Positions 25,041-39,008 are shown, counted from the whole stretch's first letter. The stretch: 63,998 bases of DNA, filler included, from Dirinaria sp. TL-2023a (GCA_051941275.1; 7 parts of 7 records of this genome joined end to end with filler, not necessarily neighbours in it); one strand, 5' to 3'. Numbers and translations are program-made. Notes: generated by a model from the sequence alone, not told the origin.

Positions 25041-25587
25041 CTACTCCTTTATCAAAGATTCCGCAATTGCTATGATCTCCGAGCCAAACTCGGGGTGCGG
25101 CCCTGCTTGTTGCCCGTACGTCTGCTCTACCATCTGATCCAGCATCCCCTCCGTTTGATCCGTGATCAACATGCCCGCGAACATCGCTCGCCCCGTAGCA
25201 TCATCCCATATGTCGTTCTCGGGTTCGGAGAGGTTCTCCAGCATAGGGTTGACCTTATAGACGTAGCTCTGTGACACGAAAACGGATTGGCCTCCAGACT
25301 GATACGCGCCTCGTTGCAAAGAAGAAGTCGCGACCACATATGAAAAGGGAGAAACCTACGAGAGTTCGCCCAATAAAGTCCCAGATAAAATAAACTTTGT
25401 TCTTTGATGCCGCAGGCGTCATGTAAGACTGGTGTAGATTCGGTGCCATGGCCGGATGATAAGCCAATTTTTGAAGGAGCTTGCGCAAGTTCTGGGCGAG
25501 AGTCGTCCATTCCTCATCTCCGGAGGGGAGCCCAGGGCTGACGAGGTTGGTAGTAAATTCCTCGCGCGTCGCGGTATTGGGATTCAT
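25041..25587 (-). CDS. Small hypothetical fungal protein (about 150 aa), 2 exons
   Basis: MNPNTAT...LAYHPAMAPNLHQSYMTPAASKNKVYFIWDFIGRTL, phase-0 intron 25269-25359 (GTAGGT...CAG), then SYVYKVNP...ESLIKE-stop. Confidence 0.75.
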
Positions 25588-27195
25588 GTTTGCGATGGAG
25601 GTGGTACAGAAAATTATGTGATGTACTTGGGGTTGTAAGACCTCCTGCGATGGGCATTCAATTGGTAATTAGAAGTCGCGATCAATTTGGGACGAGACGC
25701 GAATGAATTCCCAGTGACGTCACGCTTTTCCTAAGAGCAGCTGTCAGGGGCTTTCTAAGGTAGACCCCTATTCCAATCGCTTGGGATTGCTTTTGGAATT
25801 AGAGTGTATTGTTAGAGTGTATTGACATCTTGTATACCTGACGGAGAGCTTTGTAAACATAGATTAGGTTAGTGTGATGCCCTGCAGCCCCGTTCCTTCT
25901 TGGCTGACTCGAGACTGACAATAATAATGAATAATGTAATCAGTCGAGGGACTGTCATTGAAATTTGAAGGTATTATTTCGTTTTCATTACAACCCAACA
26001 GAGCTCCAACAAAAACCCAGCATTGATTAGCGTGAGAGTCCTGAGGTACCTTACGTGTGAGATACCTTACCACCAGGACTAATTCTCATCATTTTTGACA
26101 AGTGCTTTATTGGGGTAAGATAGGACTGCCTCTGAACTCCGACAGCATGATGAACCTTCCTATAAACCCCCGACAAAGATGCAATGAAAACCTTGACCAA
26201 GTCAGCGCGATTGAAGCAATCTTCCTATGATTGAGGAAAATCTCAATAAAGCTGGCGCATCATCATTACAACAAAATACAGGCAGTGCTATTAGTCCGGC
26301 TTCCACGCGCTTAAAGTCATTTTGAGCCCATCGAGATTTGAAACTCTTTCTACGACTAGCGCTATATCTTCTTTATATCCTTTGAAGCCAGCTCAAGGCT
26401 TTCAATGAGCTATGTAATGAACTCTTGTTTGCTGCCTCCGTTGTCAATTGTATCCACAAGGAGAACCAGTAGGATTTTGTCAGCCTTGTTGGAGAACAAT
26501 AATATCGTCAATGTTCAGAGCATCTGCAGGTCATGCCATGAACTTCAGCGTTCGCAAGTCGAAGTTCCATTTTCAATTCGAAGAAGTTGCAAATGGGTAC
26601 TCATTTCAGAAGCAACCAGAACTGTGGTGGCAAGTCGGCATCTGATTTTTCTGTCTCTCTTTCGAAAGCGTCAGTTCGCATCGTACAGACCTTGAAATAA
26701 AACAGCATGTCTCATCACTCTCATCTATCTGCTGAAACTGAGTTGTTAGGACATTTCATCGCTGCTTGCTCACGGTTAGAGGTCTATTTGATGTGGTCAA
26801 TAAGATTTGCAAACAGGCCTCTGTCTCGAACAAATAGTCACCGGGACCCCTAGCAAGCTTGTCGTCCTGACAGCCTTTCAATTCGCTTCAGCCTTGAGCT
26901 GAATACGTAAATTGGCCACCATTCTAACATTTCCAACAGTCATTCCCTGTAGCTAATGTGTTAGGAACGAATCGAGAATAAATCGTCCAAAGATCTTTGT
27001 TCGTAATCGCTTACCTCGAAACAATGGCATTGTGTCTTGCACAATGGGTATACCTGCGACATCACCTTCTGCGCAGGAGCTTTTATAAAATGTCTCACGT
27101 TATCGATGAACAATTCCTTCAGTAGCACCGGAGAGAAGACTCACAGCCGAAACCTCATCATTACAAAGATACCACAGGACTCCTGACTCCACGTT

Positions 27196-27561
27196 ATGCC
27201 CAGGAAAACTCCCAAGCCCAACGCTAGTCGCCGGACCGCCGACGCAAACGTAGTCCAGAACAACTCTCAAAACTCATCTTTCGGTCGTTTCCGGCTGCAA
27301 GGCCAGAACACAGCAAGTCGTAGATCTCAAAGCCGAACTCCACCCAACATTGACGAAGGGTCAATGACTATCAGTTCGAGAGGGCTGACTCAAGAATATC
27401 TCGATGATCTTGGTATTGCTTTCATTGATGCTCGGGGGAACCGTATCCGGTATCCTTACCACACACAGTATCCACCAATTCGAATCATCGAATCCGAAGA
27501 AGCGGACGCTGAAAACCCCCAAAACAGTATCCGCCACCCTAATAGTGTTCAACTTGGGCCC
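27196..27561 (+). CDS. Hypothetical protein, truncated by the contig end
   Basis: ATG-started open frame running to the linker; no recognisable domain. Confidence 0.4.
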
Positions 27562-27661
27562 NNNNNNNNNNNNNNNNNNNNNNNNNNNNNNNNNNNNNNN
27601 NNNNNTTAATTAATTAANNNNNNNNNNNNNNNNNNNNNNNNNNNNNNNNNNNNNNNNNNNN
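27562..27661. other. Artificial contig linker
   Basis: N44-TTAATTAATTAA-N44. Confidence 0.99.
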
Positions 27662-29142
27662 AGTGCATGTACGGGGCGCGGATTAACCATCGCTCGTAGA
27701 AGCCCTTGGCCAGCTCGTCCCAGACGTAGGGGTTGCGGTTGGTTATGATCCCCGCCTTGTCGATCTCCTTGCGCCATTCGTATTCTTTCATGTCTTGGTA
27801 GGCGTCGGATTCCTTGAGGTATTCGGTCCTCACGTTGTTGGTGAACAGTCGTGGGTCGTCCTGCGTCTTGATCCAGTCGGCCGGCCACTGTTGAAGCGTC
27901 TCGAGGAGCCGGACGGTGGGCGTGGATTCGAGCAGATCTTCCCACGCCTGCGGCCATTTGCCATCGGACATGTCGGCGTCGTCGAAATCCAGCTCGAACC
28001 CATTCATGCCACCCTGAGGCGGCAAATTCACCAGATCTTGCATGGTTTTCGTCGTGGGGTCATCCAAGCGACGAAGGAGCGCGATGTCTCGGGGTCGGAG
28101 CAACACTGGATCAGGGTTAGTGATTAAAAATCTTTTAAGTCTGCTAATTGATGACTTACTATAAGATCCCTTCCAGTGACGGCCTAGCTTTTGAGCGCCT
28201 TGCATGATCTGACTCGTCCACATCTTGGGCCGCTCTTCCTTCTCAAGAAACCAAAAAGGCTCGAAAAGTGTGCGTTCTTCCGGGACGCTCATGTGATATT
28301 TGAAGAATTGGGCAATCTGCCCGACCAGGTCGAGATTGACGGTCATACCCGTATCCTTGATAAAAAGACCCGCCGCTGCGTTGGGATGTGCGTACACGGC
28401 TTTCTGGACGATGGGGAATTGATCTCCAGGTGTGCAGCTCGGTATAGTGTTCGGTGCGATGTCTAGCTGGGGCACAAGGAGCATAAGGTGAATAGCCTGG
28501 AGGAGCTTCGTTGGTCGTTCGCGGCCGAGCCAGTACTTTTCGGCTCCGACGATGTTTGTGCTAGTTGCAAAGTCCACGAGGGCCTTGACATTGTTCGAAA
28601 CCAATGATGGCTTTCCGGTCGGTGAAGCGAAAGATTCTACGACCAGTCAGTTAGCGATCGATCTGCACGTCAGACGAAAGGTTACAAAAAGGGGCAGTGC
28701 TAGCAAGAGGAGCAAGAGCAAAATGCGTATTGAGATCTACTTTACTTACCGACAATAAGTTCATGCATGCAATTGATGGCGCGTTTCTCGTACTTCTCGT
28801 AGCGCCCACGACCAACGTACCCAGTCCCAAGCTTGAAAACTGTTCTGCAGCGGAGAATATCACGCTGGACGCATTTTGCTCGAATGGCCGTGACGGCTTT
28901 CCCGGCTGGTAGGTCGTAGAGCCCGGCGAAAGCAGCTCGCCACAGAGGCGCACGAGGGTCGTAGACGACGTTCAAGGTCCGTTTGCAAGTGAAAGCGAAA
29001 CGGAGGATGTCGTCGGCGGTGGGAAGGCAGGACGCAATCTCGTCAAGGGCCTGGTCAAAGGTGTTAATGACAGAGTGCACGCAGTATAGTCTGCAGGTAA
29101 GTCTTTACTCACCTCTGTTGGTAGATCCAGAAATCTCGCCAT
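27662..29142 (-). CDS. F-box domain protein, multi-exon, 3' truncated by the contig end
   Basis: Removing intron 29051-29112 (GTGAGT...CATTAAC...CAG) gives MARFLDLPTEALDEIASCLPTADDILRFAFTCKRT, a canonical F-box. It continues LWRAAFAGLYDLP and later LGRHWKGSY. Confidence 0.8.
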
Positions 29143-30293
29143 TGTGAGCGTGGTTGTGGAAGAGGCTATATAAATAACCAGGAAGGGGAGGTGAGTCAGT
29201 TGATGCGTAAGCGATGTCAATTAAATTGATGGAACCAATGCAGGCCAGCTGCAAAGGCTCGTACAAATCAGGTAAATATAAAGCTTCTGTTTGCGCAAGG
29301 TCAAGATTAACTGTATATGTGGCTATGAGAAGTGGAGAGGAGAAGAAGAAGGAGGAAAATGAGGAAAATGAGGAGGAGGAATAAATAGGAGACGAGAACA
29401 ATGGGGCTGAGAGGGCGGCAGAAGAAACATGATGAATGACAATTGTGCTATTGTCTGTCTGATAAGAATAGGGTGAATTCAGGTCGTGCAACGCTCTAGT
29501 GGTTGACTAGTGGTGAGTGAATGAACTCGACCGATCACATGCTGGGCAAAATCCGCTGGCTGGGATGGGAACAATGCTAACAATGTTCTTATCATGGTGC
29601 AACATAAGAGACATATTCACCGAGGATTTGAGAAATGCGATTCTGCAATTGGGTGCCTTTGGAAGTGCCAATTGGAGACCGTGGTTGATTGATTAATGGC
29701 TTGCCTGATTTTCGAACGGAAAATACGGTTCGTCTCTAGGACAGCCTGACAACACTCAATCTGTTTCTACTATGCCTTCTGGCCAAGGAGCAGATTTTGA
29801 GAAAATGATAGACCCCTCCCCACTTATCTAAATGTTGTGATTTGCATATGCGCTTCCCTTAAACGATGCCTGTGACGACCATTAGATTGTCGCTGGCCAT
29901 GGATTAAATTCGTCTCTTACCAATCTCACACGATAATTGTTTGCCCTAATTGAGATCCATGGCGTAGATAAGGCACTACCCGTAAGACTCTGCGGAAGGG
30001 TACATGGTATGTTCATCGAGAGCAGACCGCCGCATTACGTAAAGTTCTATTACTCGGTCAGTGCAAAGTACAACATGGATCAGAATACGTCGTCAATTGT
30101 ATTCTGGTATTCGAATCGACCTGGGGCGCTAATTGCGTACCGATAGGTAGGAGTCCGTAAGACGCCTCTCTCGGGCTTGTTAGACGAGCACCTAAGAGAT
30201 CAGACACATCTAACGTAGCGGAAATGCTTATGGAGTGCGTATCTCCTAAGAGAAACAGCGAGCAAACTTTAGGCCATTGGTATGATGACACTT

Positions 30294-31822
30294 TCAAAAC
30301 GCCATAGAAAGTGTGATGAGACCGGAAATAAAGACAGCCAAGCTAAGGCTCCATGGGGTTCCAGCGCCAGACGTTGACGTGAGTTGATGCGAGCTCATAG
30401 TATTCGTCGGCTCTGATGAAGTCGAATCCCTCTCAATGACATAGATCTCACCCGTAGCGTCCGAGGATACAAATAGCCGGCCTCGACTATCAAAAGCCAA
30501 CCCAACCGGTCTAAAGCAATTATCTGGACACACAGAGTTTTCTGCATTGCCAAAGATGTCTGTGATTGCTGTATTGTTGTTGGACTTCGCTACCGGCTCT
30601 CCATTCTGAAAGGGGAGCACAGAGACTTTGTAACCAACGGGAACGCTTCGGTCCCAACTTCCATGAAACGATATCCAAGCCTCAGTAGCGCTGTCATTGA
30701 ACTTCAGATCCAAGGGCGCCATGTGAGCTTGAAAGGTCAGTCTTGGCGGTGTTCGTTCAGCACAGAAGGTATCATTGATGGTGTTATTTTGATCTCCCAT
30801 TGCAAAGTTGCTTCCTACGGTCAAGTTTTGGTTCTGTGGAAGATCTGGTGGAGCCCACGCAGCAAAGCAAAAAGGGTACCCGTAGTTACTGCCTTGCGGG
30901 TCATAATTGGTCCCATTCAGGTAACCATGAAAGTTCTAGTTGTCAGGTCAGCTTCTCCAAGTCGAGAGGATTATGCGAGGACAGTTCGGGTGGTGTACCA
31001 TCTCCTCTCCAGGATTATCTTGATGCACATCTTTACCTTCCCGCATGATCTGATCCACCGAGTTCTCCACAGAGTAGATACCTCCAGTATCTGGATGCTC
31101 AGCTACGCCTACGGAATTTCGAAGACCCCAGCCCAAGCGTAGACCGTCCGAAGAAAAGTTGTAACCAGTGCTTGTTACATTATCGATGGTGAAAGCCTTG
31201 ATTTGACTGTGACCTGAGTCGAGAGACTCTGCCATAAGATCGACGTTCGAATTGCTCCCTCGACTAACCAGCAAGGTGCCATTAACCTTCTGCGGAACTA
31301 GCAGTGTTCTCGTACTATGATCTTCATTGAACATGCCAGTGACAAGGGTTTTGTTCTCTGCACCGACAGTCGAAGTGTTGGGGTCATAGCTCCATGAGAA
31401 GGCAGCATCTGACGAGGAGGCGTATATGGTTTTCCCATCTTGCGATAGGGCCAGACCATGGTTTAGCTATCCGTTAACAGTCAGCTTGTTCTACAAATGC
31501 GCATGTGTGCACATACACCGCTCGCATTGATGACAGTTTTCTTGGTCTTGACAGTCAAGCAAATCCCACCATCATCTTGAAAGGCAAGGTTAGTGATCCC
31601 GCTGCCTGCCTCTGCAACCAAGAGGTTCCCTGCAGAGTCGAATTCTATTGACCGTGGATGTGTGAGACCAGTAGCTACCAATGCCATCCGATATCCAGAA
31701 GCAACGGTTGGCTTAACAGAATTGGTAGGCGTCAATGTGGTTGAGCAGCTGGAAGCTTGCGCCGAGGCAAAAGCTATGAAAATGCTAGAGGCAGCGCCGA
31801 GCGCCGCAAAAGAATAAATCAT
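30294..31822 (-). CDS. Secreted PQQ-dependent sugar dehydrogenase-like beta-propeller (CAZy AA12-like), probable GPI anchor, 3 exons
   Basis: Signal peptide, then PRSIEFDSAGNLLV, LNHGLALSQDG, HSTRTL, VSRGSNSNVD, GWGLRNSVG, ENSVD, HQDNPGEEM, NYGYPFC, QAHMAPLD, FHGSWDR and CFRPVGLAFD. Ends in a Ser/Thr stalk and hydrophobic tail. Confidence 0.88.
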
Positions 31823-33171
31823 ACTTGATGTGTCATTCAAGTAGACAATGGAAGCGAGACAAAAGAGACCTAGATGACTAGGAGAGGGAAAGCTGGATGA
31901 GGTTTTAGTGGCTGCGCGAAGTCATTCAAGACACGATGAGTTGCCGATCACCCGATGGCAAAGCTCGATGATGATGATGATGCTTCTTGCTTAGTGCCTT
32001 ACGTTTCAAATCAAGCTCACAAGAGTTCAGTCAGAGACTGATGGTGAAATGGCGCTCACGTCTTCGCAGAATATCTATGCAGCTTCTTAGAATGCCGGCA
32101 GGCAGACCTCGTTCGAAAGTCGACTGAGAAAAGTGCCAAGCAAGCAGACTTTGAGTTATTACTCTCGTCACTCTAAGGGCATGTATCTATTGGAAGAAGC
32201 AGGACGCGAGGACGCGAGGACGCCACTTGCTTTCGGAGGCGACACCGCAGCTTCTGGCAAGGACCAAGGGGGACCAGCAAATTCAACGTCTACCTTATCC
32301 CTGCAACAGAACGGAAGCCGTGTATCCCCTGAAAGGCATCCCTCGAGGGCATGAGCCACCAGATAAGGAGGGGGCCAAGGAAGCGGAGAAGCTAGGAATG
32401 TAAGCCGTCTGCATGTATAGACGGTTTGCTGACAGCGACATGATCAGCTTAGTATAGTTCAAATGATCCATGTGTGACACTCATGTAGTGACTGGAAGGT
32501 GAAGATCCGGCAACTTATGTACTCAAAGACGACTTTCCAGGCCGACTTGAAGGAATGGAGTATATTCGCGTACGTTCCTACGACGGATCGACGTACGATA
32601 CACACACCGCATAACACCGCCTTCCTTATGCTCCTATTTACCCTGCCAGACTCTGCCATGACTTCTTCAAAACCACGATCAATGCCTCCGAGCGCTGTCC
32701 GAAGTGTAAATGCCACACCAAAATCCCCCGAAAAAAATACGAAGAATATGAAGCGAAGGGACGCAGTCGCCATGCGACCAAATCCCCTGCATCGCAGACT
32801 ACAGCCCTGTTACTGACGCAATGATGGGGGCGTGAGTAAGTAAGCCGGCAGATGCAGGAAGAGAATGCGATAAATTACACTTGAAAGCTGTCGGGTTGTC
32901 CTCCTGATGGATTTGTATGAACCTACCCATGTTTCCCAACAGAGGCCGAGCAGGTTGTCATCCCAGCCCCGCTCACGAGAGACTCCGCAAACACCTCCCC
33001 TAATGCTCCGGCTCCTATATCCCAATGTTCCATTGCTTGGAAAAACAATAAAGACGGTACCCCGTTACCGAGACGGGGCAAATAGAATGATAAGTTTATG
33101 TGTCTACGAAGTAGTGGAAGGCAATTTGTACGTAGATTTTTCAGAAAGGAGGCCACGACTGAGCCATGAGT

Positions 33172-35483
33172 TCAGTAACCAGGTGGCCAGCCCTGGGTCG
33201 GCTGCTGACTCTGCGGCGGAGGTGGTGCCCAGCCTTGCATCCCGGGCTGCGGTGCTGCCGTGGTCTGCTGCTGCATGTATTGCTGCTGACTCGGGCTCGG
33301 TTGCTGATACATGCTCCTGAGTGCAGGGTAACTTGAGGGATTGGCCATACCAGGCATGCTCTGGTAGCCCATGCCACTATGCATTGAGGAGCTGCTTTGA
33401 GAATGGTGGAGTTGGGGAGGCTGATGAGGCGACGGTGGAGGATGTGAGGATTGCTGTGGGGAAGGGCTATACTGCTGTATATTGTGATGTGCCGCCATTG
33501 GCGACTGCTGAGGCTGCGGAGGAGGTTGGCCCCAGACATGAGATGACTGTGGGTAGCCATATTGCGAGCCTTGGCTTGCGGACCCGGGACCGTAGGAAAG
33601 TGCTGATGCACGCTGATGCATCTGTTCTGGACGCATGGGCTGTGGCACCCCTCTCGGTGACTGAGACATGGGATTACCCTGATGTGACTGCGCAGAATAC
33701 GAGGAGCGGGGGCTCATCATCTGTGAGTGCTGGTGCTGTAATATCGACTGTTGACCGGTACTCATGGCACCTCTGGACGAAAGCGGAGGGGACTGCAGCG
33801 ATTGACTGACTGCAGGGCTTGATTCAAGCTGCTGCTGGGGTGTTGACACAGGAGCCTCGTGCGGCCTATTCCAGTTCTCGGTGAGCAGCGAGCCCCGAAT
33901 TTTCCGCTGTTCGTTGATGGCCTTGCTAAATTCATGGGTGTTCTGAGCCTGATGCATGATCTCCGCAGCAGACGTAGGTTGTGAGCGATCTTGATACGGG
34001 GCTGGTGGCATCTCCTGCCTAGGTCGTGGTGTACTTCCGTAATCACGCAGTCGCATGTTGTCAGATGGAGCCAATATCATAGGCAGCCGTGAAAGTGAAT
34101 TCGGCATGTGTCCCCCCATCGCTGGCTGAAGACTCTGGGGTTGTCCGTTGTTATCCAGCGGTCCATTTCCATAAATAATGTCAGGCTGACTTAAGCCTAT
34201 CCCAGCGCTTTGCGCAGCTTCCACTGCTGCTGCATCTCTGGCTTTGGCAGCTCCAGGTCTCTTTTCACCTGCGGCATCTTCCTCGGTGAATCCTTGTTTC
34301 CTTGCTTTCGCCTCCCAGTAATCATCTCGCACTCTCCTGCCGTCTTGGATAACTCGGCTACCAAATTGACGGAACATGGACTTGGCGGTCACGATTGCAA
34401 TTTGCCTCGACCGATAGGAGTACGGGAGAATTTCCTGCTGAATCAAGTCATCTTTTTCCGGTTGCGTAGCGATGATCTTATAAAGAGACCTATTCTTATT
34501 GAACAACAGATACGAGTCTCGGTAGTTCAACACTCGTGCACACTCGGTGGCGAGCATGAATAGCTTGTCACCACGGTTGGGCACGTAAAAAGTCCGACAC
34601 TTGTACTGTCGGCCGTCCAGTGGGTGACCCGTTGGTGAAACTTTCTCTTCTCCCGCTTCATCATGTTCCCTGGGGATGTATTCATCGCCATCGGGCGTTA
34701 ATTGATCAGTGGTGTGATCCCGAACCGTCGGAAGCGCTTTCAACACGGTCTTGGATGGAGTCGCTTTGGGAGGTGAGGATTGAGTCGGCGTTGTGCTTGC
34801 TTGCTGAGGCAAGGTGTGCGGCTCTGGCTGCGGTGTCCGTCCTTGCGATGGTAGAGTCTGTGTCACTTGTGAAGTGCCCGTCGGGCTCTCTTCGAAGCCT
34901 TCGGCGCCCTTGGTTTTCGGTGGCCTGCCGCGCTTCCGTGGCTTCTGATCGTCTATTTGTTCCGTCAAACGTCAGTCTTCCATTCACCCAGCATCCACAG
35001 GTCCAATCGGAGAATATGTTTTCGGTCCCAACCTCCCACAGACGGCCGACCGCATACTAGGAGATCACGTACCGTCATCGGGTGCACCACCCAGCGGTAA
35101 TTCTGGGATCTGTTCCGGCGAGCGACTTCGCTTGATGCCCCGCGGGCTGGCCTTGGGCGCATTGCTCGATGACGAACCTGGAGGCGCGGACGACACTACA
35201 CGTCGTTGCGCCAGCGTCAGTCAAAACACTCGTTAAAGGGAAGACGCGCGTATAGGCAAAACGCATTTCGATGATGTAGCTAAAAAGCAGCGGTACTAGC
35301 ATTGCGATGGGTCGCTAATAGACCTGCGCTATGCCCGCTTATGCGGTACGATTTCAAGGAAAAGATTGAGAGGATACCTGGTGTATTCAACGCGGCCGGG
35401 TTGATGGTGCCGGAGCCATCGATCATGTTTCCGCCCAGGCCATTCATCGATGTCGTTACCACCGGTTGCGATGCGGAGTACAT
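33172..35483 (-). CDS. NPL6: RSC/SWI-SNF chromatin remodelling subunit Rsc7/Swp82 (Npl6 family), spliced
   Basis: AT-hook-like RKRGRPPK, then FMLATECARVLNYRDSYLLFNKNRSL and IAIVTAKSMFRQFGSRVIQDGRRVRDDYWE, with a Q/P-rich C-terminus. 5' exon MYSASQP...TINPAALN is followed by a GTATCC donor; 5' exon structure is approximate. Confidence 0.9.
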
Positions 35484-36748
35484 GGCCTACCCGGGGGGTT
35501 GGGCCTTGGCTGGAGCTCCGGGGGTGGGTGCTGACAATCGTCGCACCGAGTGGGTGCTGGGGTGCGCGAGAGCGCGCGTGTCGCAAACAGGAGGTGGAGG
35601 CTGGTGGTGAAGCTGTTAATTCGGTTTGGTGTTATGGGAGGAGGGCTTCTGACGGGCAGCGGCGCGAGGCGTTGCATGCAGCCTAGAGTGTATGCCAGGC
35701 GCGGGTTCCCAGGTGAGGTAAAGTCGAACTGGAACCAAACACCCTCAACCCCTCTACCCGGTCCCTGCCTTACCCTTATTTTCCCAAGTCGCACCGCCTT
35801 AAAGGCAGGTGAGACAGCCGCCCGGTCAAACAACGATCCACTGGTCCACTGGTCCACGATCCAATATCCAACAAGTACAGCAGCAGCACCCAAAAACAAA
35901 AAAACCACACTCACTGGGCCCTGTGAAGAGTCGCGGTTAGGCTACGCGTGGATGGATGTGAGGTGGTCCATGCGACAGTTGGTGTAGATGCAAGGTCGCG
36001 GGGAGCGCGAAGGATGGAAAAGTGGTGGGCTCGACGGAAGATGCCCCAATCGTTCGTTCCCCTGGAATGAACAAGAGGGGACGACAGCCGCTCCGGAGCG
36101 TATGGTCTGCCGCCGTCCTGGGAAAGTCGCTTTTAGGCTTACTTAGTCGAGAGTGGAAGAGCAGGTGGCACGATCGCCGGACAGGAAGATCTCGAACCAG
36201 GATGATGTAAATAGAGTAGGTAAGCTACCAAGTAATGTAACGATGCTGGGATGGAGGGAAAAAAAAGAAACTAGGGGACGAGAGGGACTGCCTCAAAAGG
36301 ATCGCATGCTTCGCCTTTTCAGCGTATCGCCTTTGCTCCTTGCTGGACGAGTGGGCGTTCGGGAATTATTATCAAGCCCGAATGGAGGGCTGGCCAAAGG
36401 GCAAAGGGCAGAGGCAGGCGGAAGACGATGCGCAGAAGTGACAGGAAAAGCAAAGCGTCAAACGCGGCCACTTGTCCAGTACGGTAGGTGGGATAATTAT
36501 GGCAGCGACTTCAGTTTAGTGTCTAGTCAGTAGCAGCAGTATCATACGGTAATCCTCTCGGGACTACCCTTGACTTGGGGTTTCGATCTACTAGGTTCTC
36601 AGAGGCGAAGAAGAGATCGCTGATTGAGCAGGATGGAGTATGGACGAATGACCACTCCCAGCAGAGTGGCTCGAGTGGCTGCCGGTTCTGGGAAGGCTCA
36701 GACTGGGCTCAGACGAAGCGGCGATGTGATGATGACTGGCTGACTGGC

Positions 36749-36848
36749 NNNNNNNNNNNNNNNNNNNNNNNNNNNNNNNNNNNNNNNNNNNNTTAATTAA
36801 TTAANNNNNNNNNNNNNNNNNNNNNNNNNNNNNNNNNNNNNNNNNNNN
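36749..36848. other. Artificial contig linker
   Basis: N44-TTAATTAATTAA-N44. Confidence 0.99.
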
Positions 36849-37982
36849 CCCCTCAAAACCCCCCCCCTCCTCACAGCCCAGTCACACTTGGGCGGTCAAG
36901 TCAAAGGTAAAGTAGTTGAAGTGATTGATAAGCCCCGACCAGAACGTAAGGTGGTATTCTGGTCCAGTAGGTACCGAATGTGGAACAGTAGTGCAATAAG
37001 GAGGTGGATGGACTCGCTGCCATTATTCTTCTTCTGTTAAAGCGAAGTTTGATAAGTGGACAGACTAGTCGTTGTTACCCGGACTACCTTCAATCAGGGT
37101 TGCCGGGCTTCGGTAGTGGTACGAGTACTCGAGATGTGCCCTCGAGCTCTGGAGAAGTAGCAGGACACATCTTCGCAGTTATGCCGTGCAAGCCCCTGAG
37201 TGTTGCTGTTGGTCGTCGGGGATCGGACATTCTGGTTGAGAATCTGGAAAGAGAGCGAACTGTCAAGAACCGTGTGCCCAATGTTCTGTTCTTGAATCGA
37301 TTTTCGATGATGTTCACGACAGGAAGAACAGTGATGTGGAGATTGATTTTGATGGATGCGCGTATGATGATTGATGAGCGGGCTCGCGGGATTATGGTGA
37401 AGGAAAATCGTCGTTTCTTTCGGCTAAAACTGCTCGGTCTTCCATCCTGCTCACGTGATGCGCCATTTTCCTCTCGTTGCAGCCAGTACTGTCAAGTACA
37501 TTATTACCGTAGTCTCGCCAGTCCTATGATTCGATCGGGTAGCTAATTCTTTCATCTGTTGTGAAGAGCCACAAAGGAAATCTTTTTGATAGAGCCTGGA
37601 TGGTGGATTTCAGGTGTTATAGATCTTGCCAGCAATAATAATATCTTGAGTCCGAGGTGAAGTACAGTACAGTACACATGGTTGAAGTACTGTAACTTGA
37701 TCAGTCTGATGATCTGTGTCGGCATGCTCGTGTGATTGTTGTATCCGGTGATTTGAGCGCTAAGATAGCCAAGACACTAAACCCTCGGTGGCGAAGTTGC
37801 TGCCTCTAGTCCTTACTCCACTCGACTTACACTTAGAAGAGTAGTAGCCAGCAAGTCGACATCATACACCATCTTCTCAAGAAGTCACACCAATACCTTA
37901 CATACTGATCCGCACAAGTACTTTGAGCTCGAAATACAGTTTCCCTAGACTCTTGAATCCTTCGCTCTTTCCGTTTTTCATC

Positions 37983-38589
37983 ATGAGGCTCCTAACAACC
38001 CTGCTGCCCATCTTCCTTGCCTCCTTTGCCGCCTCAAAATCCTTCGCTTTCTTCGGTGGTGATCAGAAGGTCCTCAATGAAGAGCTCTCAGTACCGGGCG
38101 CGAACCCTCTAGAGTTTTGTCAAAGCAACGACAACTACAGCTTGAACATCACCTATGTGGACTTGACACCCAACCCACCCACGCCGTTAGCACTCCTCTT
38201 CCATTCTTAAGCTTGCCTATGGATTGGCTAATTTCGTGCAGTGGAACGGTGCTCACCATAGAAGCCAAGGGAAATTTTACGAAGAAGGTCGAAGAGGGCG
38301 CGTATGTCGAGCTCTCCATTAAATACGGCTTGATTCGCATAATCAACACCAGCGTGGACTTGTGCGCTCAGTTGAAGGAAATCGATGAGGAATGTCCAGT
38401 AGAGGGACCCAAAACTATTACCAAAACGGTCCAACTACCAAAGGAGATACCTCCGGTATGGATGCGCCGAAATCCTTGGCTGCTACACGTTGACTGATGA
38501 CCTCGCAGGGGAAGTACACTGTTCTTGCGGACGTGTTCACGAAGGACAAGGACAAGATCACCTGTTTACAAGCCCAGATAACATTCTGA
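37983..38589 (+). CDS. NPC2: Phosphatidylglycerol/phosphatidylinositol transfer protein (ML domain), 3 exons
   Basis: Signal peptide MRLLTTLLPIFLASFAAS, then VPGANPLEFC, VDLTPNPP, IKYGLIRII...DLC and LPKEIPPGKYTVLADV...ITCL. Introns about 38186-38241 and 38456-38508. Confidence 0.92.
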
Positions 38590-39008
38590 AGGCACGACGC
38601 TGCTATCGAGATTGAATTCATGGTACATACGCAGAGTGATGGCACGGTTGTTGGCAGGTCTGGCGAAGGAGTAGCGGAGTTCTTAGTGTCTGGAGTAGCG
38701 TGTGTATAGTGATTTCTACATGTCTTAATCCATCATGATCACTACCCTTTCACCATCAAAGCCTACATTATGTGGAGAGTCCTTGGCAAGGGTGCACTAT
38801 ACGGGGAGATTGCCACATCCTTCTACCACAGCTCCGACCTTCTGGAGCCTGTCCTGGCATCCTTGAATATGTAAACGATCTCCGATTTTCCCAATCAAAG
38901 TCGGTCAGCATCGAGGAATATAGCAGCAGGGTATGTGGAATTTAAAGGGAGGTCCTGGAGCCGTGGTTCCTTTCCGAGCACTCATGCATTCTCATGACGT
39001 CTTCCCTG

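Noticed and set aside
37004..37546. 180-aa plus-strand ORF
   Set aside because: Non-ATG start, atypical composition and no motif; likely spurious.
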